NCBI RefSeq assembly: GCF_009914755.1
Contig: NC_060935.1
DNA from: the human T2T-CHM13v2.0 reference genome, Homo sapiens
Direction: 5' to 3' (one strand)
Length of the DNA: 64,000 nt
This document shows, in pieces, positions 19,800 through 32,108 of the stretch (position 1 is its first letter; every line of letters begins with the position of its first letter). The notes under the pieces were generated by a model. It made no database searches and was not told the DNA's origin. It saw nothing but the letters and a program-made list of their open reading frames with translations. Made by a program: the position numbers and the translations under genes.

Positions 19800-22700
19800 T
19801 AGGCATGGTTTTACTACAGGCAATTTATTGTTCTTTATCATTCTTTCATCTAATAAAAGGGAACAGACTGTAAATAGCATTTATAAGCACACTTAGTAAT
19901 AACAGTTCTCATGATCGTATGGAAAAAATAAATGAAAGCTGGTGTAATGGTAAACGTCATTCAGTTTCCTCTTGAGTCTGGGCCTTTTGGGTCTGTGTCC
20001 CTCTGTGCAGCCAAGGCAGGTCAGATGGAGAGAGATGGTCCACACCTGGCCAAATGGGTTCTACAGGAACCTTCTGGGTCAACACTGCCTTTCAATAAAG
20101 ACCTGGGCTGTGATGACTCCAGCCGCGTTCTCCACCACAGTGGGCGGAGTGCTCATAGTGGGTCCTTGGGCCATGGGAGACCCCATTATATACATTGAAC
20201 AACATGCATGCCATCAAAGCATTTCCCATCAGACACGGCCCGGGGTCCATAACAAGCTACAGCAGCATCATAACCTTTGCCAGCACGAAGCACGGTGTCC
20301 TTTCAGTTTATCCGTGTGTATGTGTAAACACACTTACACTCACCTGTGCATACCCTCACACCACAGTGTACACTGTCCACAGTGGCACCGCCTGCTACTG
20401 AGGGCCGTGTCTTTTATCAAGTCTTATTTCAAGCTGGCTCAGCATGAGGAAATTTTGTATGCAACACTGACTTTCAACTGAGTCACTCAAAAATTAGTAA
20501 AATCATTTCAGGTAGTATGTGTTTTTCTTTTTCCTGCTTTCAAAAGCAATCTCCAGAGGAGTTTTTTTAGCCACTTATTTAAAATGTTAATGAAGGAACC
20601 TGTGAGTGCGGGGTCACAGAAACGAGCAGTTGATTTAAGTCATTCCAACGCATAAGCCAGCTCCAAATGCACTGAGAGGTGAGGAGGGGAAGATGCAAAG
20701 GGTGCCTTGGGAAGAACTGCTTTTGCGGTAAGCCCCTGGCGCCTCCTAGCATGCCCGCTGCGATGGCATTCACCCCACTGCAGTCGTCGTCATCAAGGTG
20801 ACTTTGTTGTTTTAGAAGGATCTGTTGTGGTCAGGGTTCTACCTGTCCTTCCCTAGACCATGGCCCTCCAGGCGGTTCTAGGCAGGTCCCAGCAAAAAAG
20901 TACTGGGGTAGAAACCAAGGACCAGGCCCACAGAAACAGGGACCCCAGGGGCTTGCAAGGGGGAGTGCTGACTGCCAGGTGCAGAATCCATAGAATTACC
21001 CACCATGGGAGACAGAGGGACCTGCGCAAATCCCTGGGGAGTGTGTTAGAATTTCCCCAAATACAGTAAAAGAGAAAAGTGTTCATACTTTATCACGTGA
21101 AAGACTAATGATGTCTAGGAGCTGACACAGAACACGAGGACTCTGACCACCGCAGGACCAGCGAGATGTGTCAGGACAGAAATGAGCAAGCGTGAGTCTC
21201 CGGGCACACCTGGGGAAAGAGTAATGCAAGGCACACATCAGGGCTGTGACTCACTCCTCAAAGCAGGCTTGGGTCCCCAGGGTAAGAGTGAAGAGACAGA
21301 CTCCCCACATCATGTAGTGTGGATGGCAGGGCTGCAGGGGATGTAGTCCTCTTGCCGGTGGGCTGCCAGAGACCTGGCAGCCAGACCCACTTCTTAGTGA
21401 CGGCACATTCATTTCCTCTCTGGGATGCATTTCATCATATTCCCTTTGTACCCACGATTCTTCCTGACAGCCTGAAACAGCAGGCTTTGCATCCTTTTCA
21501 GGCCTGGGGTCTGGCCTTACCCCAGGGGCTTCTCTTTCACCCACAACAGACTCGCGTCCACACTGGAGACCTGGTCACTGCTGACAGCAGGGAGAGAAGA
21601 AGGCAGAGGAGTCCAGCACGGCCCTCCTGCATTCATAAATCCTATTTTCCAACGAACATCAAGAACTCGCGGTCTCCTGCTCCCAGGAGGAGCCTCGGGT
21701 CTCAGGAGTGGTCAATGCTGAGATGACAAAGCTATTGAAATTCTGATCTCCATAGTGTTGAGGTCTCTAGTGTTGCCAGGAGACTGTCAGGAGGAGCTCC
21801 AGAAGAAAGAGGCACAGGATGTTTCACACTGCTTTTCCCAAGTGCAGCCAAGGGACAGCCTCTGCACACCGAGGTAATTCTAGATGATTGGCTCCACGCT
21901 CTTCCCTCCTCCTTTCTAGTGAGTTTAGTGCTGGCTGACTGTAGAATACTTTATTCACAGAAGCAAGTAGAAAAAAATGTCACTCTTAATTCACACGCTT
22001 CAATGTCAGACCAGGAGTGACCGGTTCTGCAGGGAAGTGCCAGGACTGGCTCATTTGTGTTCTCATCAGCCACCTCCATGCACATGGAGGTGGATTTCAC
22101 TGGTGTTAATACATGCTTTCACATCCACAGGAGGCTCTCCGAGGGACAGAAGTGAATTCACACCCACCGCAAAGCCATTTCTGCTGCCAGAGTCCCCAAT
22201 CTCTAATCACCAAAAAAATTCTCCACCAAGGGACTTGTAATCAGAAGCATCGACATTGTCTGAGAAATATTTATTCTGTCCAGTTTAAGCTTAAAGTTCA
22301 CAAACACTAAAAAGTAGTAAAATAGACTTTAGCTTTTCCTTTAACTATATTTATATATAAATTCCTGAGAAGGTAGCTGTCAACTTGAAATTCACTATCT
22401 ACAGTTAATTATCATCAGAGTGCAGGGAGGGACCCTGAGCCCCATCCCTGTGCACAGCAGGGGCTGGGCTGTCATTGCAAGAGAGCAAACCTGGTCTCCC
22501 TTCTGAGCAAAGAGGAGGGGGTGGGAGGGGCACGGCGGTGTAGGAATTCTTAGCCATCAGCACAGATGCTGGCAGGCCTGCTGTTCACTCACTCTGGGGG
22601 TCTGGAGGTCCCACCATGATAACACCACATTGCCTCACAGAGGCCCCTGCTTTTCTGTCCTTGGTAGACCTCAGGGTAGGTGGTGCCAGGGATGATAAAG

Positions 22701-25629
22701 AACTTAACCAACTTGGGGAAGAAAACAGGCAAAGGAAGGAAGGGTGAATGAGGAAGAAGAGATGAGGCAACAGGGGTGGGAGAACATGGTGATAAAGCCA
22801 GTGGGGACAGTGTGGTGGCAACTGACAGAAGGGGAGAAAGGGGTCCATGCTTGTCAGTCCCCTCCTTCCTGAACAACATGAGGGGTGCACGGAGGGCGAG
22901 CCCTCAGTGAGTGAATGCAGCAGTTCAAAGAAACAAAAATAGACAAAAATAATAAATGTTCTCCTAGGACACCAGGTTTTTAGAGAGGCCACTCTAAGAT
23001 CTCTGAATGCCTGATGCCCAATCGTGCTGAGTATGTAAGTGACAAGAAGCCTGCACCCCCCCCAGCCCTGTGCACCTCCTGAGACCGAGGAGCCTGTGTC
23101 ACCAGTACCTAGGGCTAGAAGAAAGGGCTTCCAAATGGCTCAGGAAGATGAGTGGGCATTGCACTCCACCTCTGGGACCAGATGACCACACCTCCCCTGA
23201 GGAATCCCTTACCCAAAATAATTGAACATAATAATGTTGCTTAAATATAAACTGGCTCATCTGATCACCTCGACACTGACCCCAGGACACCCCCTCAAGG
23301 TGGCTCTACTTCCCCATCTTCTAGACTTTTCTCCCTGCCTTCCCACACTCCCTGAGCCTGGCTGGAGGCCTGCTTGTCTCCTCTGCTGCCCACTCCAAAG
23401 ATAATAAGAAACCAAGATCATGGGTTCTCGACAGGTGGAGGAAAGAGTCTCGGTGACACTTCCTTTGACTTGGAAAATTCCTCTACTAGCAAATCTGCTT
23501 CCACATGGCAAAAATGAGAAGTGCTGGGCCAGTACCCAGGCACACAGCTGCAGAAGCTACCTGGACCTGCCTCATGGGCCAAAGGGAAGGGATGCCAACA
23601 GGCAAGGCACGCCTAAAGTGAGTCCAGAGAGACCAGGGGGAGTCTGGGATCTCATCAGGGATGACCCTTCTTTCAGTTGGCTCTGGTGGGTTTTCAAAAT
23701 CCAGTCTTTCCACTGGGGCCATACCAAAGCTCCGGGGAAGGTCAGGCTTCCCAGTCCCACCAGAACCCCCCCGTGAAATTGTCATTTTCTCTCAAGTTGC
23801 ATACACTGGCCAGGTAAAGGCAGCTTCTACTCACCAGGCAAGTGGCCAGCTCACCTTCATATTTGCCAAAGCAATCTGGGTCCTGCCCCATACTTGTTGG
23901 CTTGGCAGGCTTTTCAAAATGCAGGTATCTCTGGAGCTGTTTTGTGGACACCAGGAGCATTACTTGACAAGCCCTGTGCTGGCCCCAAGGTACCCTGTGC
24001 ACCTGGGTAAGGATGGAACACATTGGGAACAGGGACCCAACACGCCCACTCCGGAACAGTGTGGGACCTGGGGAAATCGCCAGTTGTTTGCTGTCCTGCC
24101 ATTGCTGTTCTGCACATCCCTGGAGACTATGAGCATCGGTTACAGTGTGGTAGTGGCTGGTCAGGACCAGAAATATCCATTTGTGACCTGGAAGCAGCAG
24201 ACACCCAAGGCTTAGTGTAGAAGTGGGGGCTCCATACCATTCCCAGTGTCAACTTCCCATGGCAGAAACAGGAAGGAATGTCTGGCCACCCACCAAGGGT
24301 CAGATGCCACATCAGCCCGAGCGAAGCTGCCAGACACTGGCTGTTCCAATGACAATTAGACATTCTTGAGAAGGTGGAGCCATTTGTGAGAGCTCAAGAT
24401 GGGTGTCCTGGAAGTGCCACTTAAAGGCGACTGAGGCCTCTCAAAATCCCTCTGTTAGAGCTGCAGCTCTCCATGTGGGATGCAGTGCAGTCACCTATGG
24501 AGCTTTAGGACAGGCCCAGGGCTCAGCTCCCCAGACCAGTGCCTTCACAACTTTCGCAGCAGGGATAGCCGGCTTGGAAAGGCATGCCTGGGAGACCATG
24601 TGACACTGCCTGGCTGGGTCCTGGGCTGACAGAGGTGAGCGTGGAGCTCATGGTGACTTGGTAATGCTGTGAATTATGTGCGTGTGGCAGGAAGGTGCCA
24701 CAATGCCAAGGACCTACGTCTTGGAAATTCCATGAGGTCCGCATGAGGTTGAACTAAACACCAAGTGCAGTCCTCAAAGGAAAAATAAAAGAAATACCCA
24801 CATAAGGGACTCTTTGGAACTGAGTCTGGAAAAGAGGGCTGTCTGGTCCACTCCAGGAGAATTTGCCTAAAATATGTTTGCTTCCCATTGCATTCTCTTT
24901 GCTTGTTCTAAACATCACCTCCCCCAATTCCTTTAATTTGCATCTTACTCTTGTTGCATCCTTTTTTTATATTTTAAAGATGTCTGGATTCGATTTACTT
25001 AAGAGCATATACGGCTTAATTTTGTATTTCTGGTAATCATCTATTACATTTCCCCCATTTTATCAAATGACACTTTTCCCTGATATCTATTTTTAATATG
25101 TTAAAGATTTTCTATCCAGTTTATCTAAAACTCCTTGATTAAAAAGAGTTTAATTCTAGCAATACATACATGCTTATATCTGCATTGTTTTATAATTTGA
25201 CGATAAATGTTTTTCCCCAATATGTATGGATAGTACTTTCTAAAAAGATACAATAAAATATGATATCTCTTTCTCACTTGATCATGTGGCTGAATGAGTC
25301 AATCCCTCCATCAAACAGAAATATCCGGCATCACTTAATCTAATTAATAAAAACATGCAGTGTGCATGTGCACCCACAATGGGAAGAAAAGACCAAAACA
25401 AACAGCCAAAAAGGAGAGAATCCCATGATTTCTGTGTAAACTCCTATAGATATTATAAATATGTATTGCTAGAAACAGTATTTTAAATACAGGGTCTTCA
25501 GGCAAGTGTAGTAAAACTGTCTTGGATACAAGGGGCCCTATCACTTGTAAAACTTGACAAATTGGATAACAATTAAAAATACAAAATCACACAGAAAATA
25601 CTCTTTAATAAATTGAGGTTTTGTTGATT

Positions 25630-25936
<307 letters not shown>

Positions 25937-26049
25937 TTAATTGAGGTTCTCTAAAGGGAGCCTTTTAGGCAACACGCCCGCTAGGTGTACTGATTGCTAG
26001 GGTGGCTGGTGTCAGGCGAATCGCTGTGGCTCCCCCAGCCCCTTCCTGG

Positions 26050-27100
26050 GAGCATTCTGGAAAGACAGCGTGGAAACGCGCGCCGCCTGGTGGTCCCCGG
26101 AGCGGCCATGGTGCCCAGCCCCGCGGCCTCACCCTGCCCTCGAACCCCGTTTCAAGCACCCGCGGATTCTCACGTCCTCTTCTTCCAGGGCGGCGGGCCC
26201 TTCTCCTGCACCTTGGCCTGGCGCTTCTTCTCGGCCTCCTCAGCCTCCGGTTTCTTCTCCGTGGCCACCTTGTAAGGCCACTTGGGTATCCGCAGGTGGC
26301 CACTGTCCTTGGTGCTGCCCTTCCACGCCGGCCTCTGGGGCTGGAAGGTGGGCGCGGGCGCCTTGCAGAGGCGGATCCGGGGCACCACCACGCCGGGCCA
26401 TAAGCTGCTCCGCCGCAGGCGCTGCAGGGGCAGGAGACTGGCCTTCCGTGGGGCGGGGTCGGCAGAGCCCCAGGACCCTGGCAGCGGGACAGGTGGGAGG
26501 CCGGCTCTTGGGGAGCCCTCCCGGGAACCCGCGGCCTCTGGGTAGGGCCGCTTGTGCTACTCTGCGCCCTCCGCTTCTCCTGCCTCCTGCGCCTGCCTCC
26601 CCACCCCCCGCCGCGTCGCCAGAATTTCCTGAGCCGTCTGGATTTCCTGCACCGCCAGTCGCCTCTTCCCCACGCCCAGGGAGCTCTGGGGGCACACAGT
26701 CTGGCACGCGAGGGCCACGGCGGGGCTGTTAGAGGCTGGTGGTCATCCTGACCATGTGGTCCAGGGCGCCCCGGTCCTCCGGGCCACAGGTGGAGCGCCG
26801 CGTCAGCGCGGACAGCTCGCAGTCCCTGACCCTCTGCAGGCAGTTCTTCGAGCCCTCGATCATTGGCACCCTCTCGTGGAGCGGAGGCAGCTCAAGCTGG
26901 TACTTTTTCCCCAACCGCTGCTGGCAGGGGCGCTCCAGGAGCCTCTGAATGAGGCGGACGTGTAAGTGGCTACTCCTCTGGCAGCATCCCACGGCGGGGG
27001 CCCTCGCGTGGACACCCGCCCCTGCCAGCTCAGGGCTCAGATGCCACTGGTTCCACCCTGCATGGCGGCTTTCAACCCGAACGCGTCCATCCTTCAAGGT
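26050..27100. promoter_or_regulatory. GC/CpG-rich island inherited from the ANKRD33B last coding exon
   Basis: Visibly high GC with many retained CpGs; not computed. Confidence 0.6.
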
Positions 27101-28713
27101 CAAGACCCAGGACATAGTTCAACAAGTAGTTGGTGATGATAGCATGCCCTGACTGGGCCAGAACAGCCTCTTTAGTAAAACAGCGCAGGAAAGTCATGAA
27201 GAAGATGTTCAGCTCCTTTCCTCATTTTCACTTTAATTCCGTGATGCCTCTGTGTCTGTCTGACAACATCTCTCCTGGGGTCTGGGACTCTGCTGGTCTT
27301 CAATGCCTACTGAGAAGGGTTCCTGGCCATCATCAGGCATGAAAACCACAAAGCCCTCCGTCCTCAACGTGGGATCACTGGGCAAGCGGCATCAGCCTCA
27401 CCAGGAAACCTGTTCTTCTGCTCATTCTTGGGCCCCACCCCAGGCCTATTCAAAGAAAGACTCCAGCAGCCGGGTTTGGCAGCCTGTGTTTCCACCAGAT
27501 CTGTGTTAAAGCTCAAAAGAACCAGCCCAGGTGATGCTGACGCAGGAAGCGCAAGGCTGAGAGCCAGTGTCTAAGGCAACTGTGCCCATGGGGCCAGGGG
27601 CAGCTCCTGCCTGTGCAGCTATGATTAGGGTTGCGTTCCCCTCCCTGTCCTGCCAGTTGACTTCGATGTGGTGGCACTCAGCTAAGGCCACCAGGGTATA
27701 TTCACAAAGCCGTGGTAGCAGGCGACATCAAGGCCGGTCTAGCCATTGTGGTCAGTCTCCTGCGTCTTCTCAACGCTCACCCCCCGCCGCACCAACGTCT
27801 GCAGCAGCCCCACGCCTCCAATACGACCTCCTCCAGGACGCCCTCCTCCAGGACGCTCTCCAAGCCCTCAACACCATGCTCCTCCTCCTCCTGGAAAGGG
27901 TAGAAAGAGTCGTCCCAGGCGATGCTGCAGGTGTCGGGCAGACTGGAGAAGTCCTGGAACTCTTTGCAGTCAGCACGGTCCTCCTCGACCTGTGTGCCTA
28001 GGAGTGGGGACGGCGGTGGCGGGGTCATGCAGCGCACCCCGCCACCCTGTGGCTGGGTCCCAGCCAGCAGCACCATGCTGGTGGCTGGAGGCTTGCGCAG
28101 GGGGCCGAGGCTCTGTCTGGGAAAGTCTGTTGCGCGTCAAGGTCCCTGCTTCTTGCTTCTGCATCCCCAGGGAAGCCCTAGCTCTGGCAGCCAGCCCGGT
28201 GGAAACCTCCCTTCTTTTACATTATTAAGTTTGTTTTTATTTTAATTTTTTAGGACATTGATAAAATCACTTTCTGATTTTTGAGATTAAAAATTAAATA
28301 ATTTTCAAGTTTACCCTTTTTAAAATTTTTCACTATTTTCATGCTTTTATTTTTTGTATATTTTAATTATTGTAATTATATCTTCAATTATTACGGAGGA
28401 TTTCAGAAAAGTATTTTCACACAATAAAGTCTAATTAATTAACTCTTATTTATTCTCTCCTCTATCTCAAATACGTACTTTAACCTTTGAGAACGCTTTA
28501 TGTTTTGAGACTCTTGTTACTTACGTGACATTTTAACTATTATTCTTCACTCTTCTAGTGAATTTTTAATGTCATTCAAAGGGTACATCTTTCTATAGTG
28601 AGAATTAGACAGTTCTCAAAAATATTCTCAAGTATTAGGAATTTCACCTTCCAATGGTATGTTAAGTATGTTCTCCTTCTCTTCTAATGCATATTCCCCG
28701 CCCCCCGCCCCCC

Positions 28714-28826
28714 GCTAATTTTGTATTTGAAGTAAAGACAAAGTTTTACCATGTTGAACAGGCCAGTCTTGAACTCTTGACCTCAAGTGATCCACCTGCC
28801 TAGGCCTCCCAAATGCTGGGATTACA
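28714..28826 (-). mobile_element. Alu left-arm fragment
   Basis: GCTAATTTTGTATTT...GAACTCTTGACCTCAAGTGATCCACCTGCC...GCTGGGATTACA. Confidence 0.85.
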
Positions 28827-29383
28827 AAAACAGCAACTAAATGCTGGAATGGTGACTGGGAACTTGTCTGGAGTCTCCATTGATTATCCTCCCCATAACA
28901 AGGCAGAAAGCCTTCCTCAGAATTATCTGGACTGACATTACTCATTGTCCAGACCTGTTAACAGACTCCTGCAACCAGAGCTGTGAGTCTCAAATGTGCT
29001 CTTCAGTAATGCAGTAGAAGGTCTGAGTTTCCACATAGAAGTATCCTTGAATGCCTGGAGAATTTTAAGGCATAAGAACGTACTGATCCTATGAACTATA
29101 TGTTATGTAAAATCTCAGGTTATGTGAGGTGTTTGGACAAATTAAGCGTCAGGGTGATATCCACTATTGAGACAGAAAATGAGTCTAAAGAATTAAGACC
29201 TCAAAGTCCAGAATGAGAAAAAATTGTTTTGTTTAGAGCCTCCTTATAATTGTCTTACTTGTTTTATAGATATAAGCACTAGAGGACAAGCTCTACCTGA
29301 TATAGCTGGCCTAGACATATGCAGATTTATTAATTGTAGAAGAAAGAATTATACCTTTCAAGTAAAATGGCCACCAAAAATAA

Positions 29384-29680
<297 letters not shown>

Positions 29681-29819
29681 TTAGATCAATTTTATTTAAT
29701 ACAGATAGCTTCCCAACTAAAAATATTTCATTAGAATTCTCTTAATTCAGCAAAGCAATGTTATTACTGACCCAGTCTTCACTTATTTTCAGCTTACATG
29801 CAGGAACAAAATTACCTTT

Positions 29820-30213
29820 ATTTTTTAATTTGTTTTATTTTATATTTTCAAGGTGCACAATATGTCGTTTTGAGATACATGTGCATCAGGAAATGATTTC
29901 TATAATGAAGAAAATTAACAAATCTATCATATCACTTAGTTCTGCTTCTTTTTGATGATAAGAACATCAAAAATCTAGTCCTTCAGTATATTTCCCAAAA
30001 ACAATACAAGATTATCTAATATACCTACAGGTTGTACATCAGATTCATTTATTCTACATTACTGCACCTTTACAACTTTTGCCCTTCATTTACCTATTTT
30101 CTTCCCACCAATGTAACCACCTTTTTGAATGTATGAAACTTATAAAAATAGATTTCAAATATGAGTGGGACCATGAGGTATTTTTCTCTGTGTGTCTGTC
30201 TTATTTCACTTAG
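29820..30213 (-). mobile_element. Old L1 (L1MA/L1MB-like) 3' end fragment
   Basis: T-rich start, then ...TTTTGAGATACATG...ATTAACAAATCTATCATATCAC...GTCTTATTTCACTTAG, resembling an antisense L1M 3'UTR. Confidence 0.65.
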
Positions 30214-32108
30214 GAAACCTACCATTTGCATGTCTCCTAAATTTAGTACAGAAATAAAGTGCTAGTCAAGAATGTGTCTCTGTTTTGTTAGATTAATTTT
30301 TTTCCAAGTTATCTTCTTTATCAATTTTTACTTTTTGTTCTATGGAAGGGTGTAAATTCTTGTATTAAAAAAACGGTAACCAGGCTATTGATAAATAATT
30401 ATTTTAGGGATAAAAATCTCAGGAAGTTCAAGATTTATGTATTAATGATTGACAATGTTCTTAGTGGTCTCTCTGATTTATTTCAATTGTAAGTAAGTCT
30501 TGGTAATACTCTAACATAAATTATGATAGGTGAAGAGAATAAATAAAGTAAGTATCTCTAGGAAAATCAACACAATAAGATTATCTTTTTTAAATGGCTA
30601 AGAGCATATGGTAAATTGACACAAAAACTGCTTCATCTTCCAAAATCAGAGTCAAATACTAAATGATTGTAAAGTAGCTAATTCTGTCTTTCTGCCAAAG
30701 TGAATCTGAGCTAAATTAGAAGAATGTCAGGAATAAATTTTTCCTTGAAATCTAGCAAGAAATAATGTAATTAAATGATGAGGCTTTGACTGTTGCATAG
30801 AGTTTTAGCATCAACAGAAAAGCTCACAAAACATAGGTGAAAATCAAAAAGGAGTGCTGGGTTAGAGCCCTGAGGTGAGGAATTTTATCATCTCAGATCA
30901 CTTGGAAAAAAGCAGCAAGTCCAAAGAAACTGGTGATAAGATTTCTCTCTGCTAACCCCTAATGTTCTGCATGAAATATGTGGAGGCAGAAGAGAGACAG
31001 TTTATTATAGTCTACATGGCATAGAGTGAAGGAATAAGAGAATATTTCTGGTAAGTATTTTCAAAATTTGGAGAATCATTCCTATCCAAATCATTCATTT
31101 AAGGGACTAAAATACAAATAAGATGTTTCTTGCCACATAACCCTCAGCTAGCCAGGCTCTAAAAAGGATGACACTGGACACCTCGACAGTGGTAAAAAGC
31201 AGGGTTTACTCACTCTTGAATAACTAAGAACTGGTGCTAACCTTAGGCAGCAGCTTATCTATTTGGTTGAGGTTCAGCTATGTTTCATTGAACAAATCTC
31301 TTGGGTTATTTTCAGTTGTGCCAGTCATTTAATTTGTTTTCTGAATCAAATGATAAGAATTAATATGGTTTAGAGTGTAAACATCATTCCCAGATACATT
31401 ACAACTTGGTGTCTCATCTGCCTAATTTTGAACCTATAGGGCGGGAATAAAAGCATTGTGAGAAACACCAGGTGATTTCCTTAAAGCCAAATACTCTTGT
31501 CCCTCCTACTTTTTTCCAGCTTTCCTGCTGCATGGGACACAGCAATAAATGGGAGTTTCCTGCACACAGAGGTAAAATTCACTTGTTGAAGATGTCAGTC
31601 TTCTTCTTGGCCAACTCCTATATTGGCACAAACATGTTGGAGAAATGCACCTACTGAATCATTTCTAAGTCAATAATCTATTTTGGGTTGTTTAACTTGT
31701 ATAAAATAGTGAGTGATTCATTTACATTTAGGTTAATTTGAGGACATGGCAAGATCAGAAGTTTTGGGAATCTAGGCTCACATTGATATTACTTTGAGGT
31801 CCACTCATTTGTGTAACACTTTCTGGGAAAGATGACTGAGTAGGTTATTTGAAGTTACCATAGAGCATAGACTCTCTGGGCCTCTTCTCCCTTCACTTCT
31901 GGAGAGAATGTCTTCAAGACTCAGACTTTACCAGGACATTAATTAATGACAAAATGACTAAAACTGGGTTTTTCATTACAGAAGAAATAGAAAATGCTTT
32001 CTAGATGGTAGGGAAATAATATCTTTAGAAACTGACTCCAAATTTCACACTGAACTTGGTGAAAGATGCATCTTGTGAAATGTCCCACATATTTCTATTT
32101 TTTTACAG

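Noticed and set aside
25336-25346. TAATCTAATTA as a DUX4 site (mirror near 6889-6899)
   Set aside because: Mismatch in the conserved AATCA half, isolated, in AT-rich UTR sequence
27149-27606. Retained intron, i.e. an unprocessed ANKRD33B duplicate
   Set aside because: No GT donor at the start and the other junctions are spliced; better explained as included cassette exon(s)
25965-28245. Long GC-rich ORFs on both strands (e.g. 26070-26732, 220 aa)
   Set aside because: Antisense or out-of-frame readings of the GC-rich ANKRD33B retrocopy, where stop codons are rare
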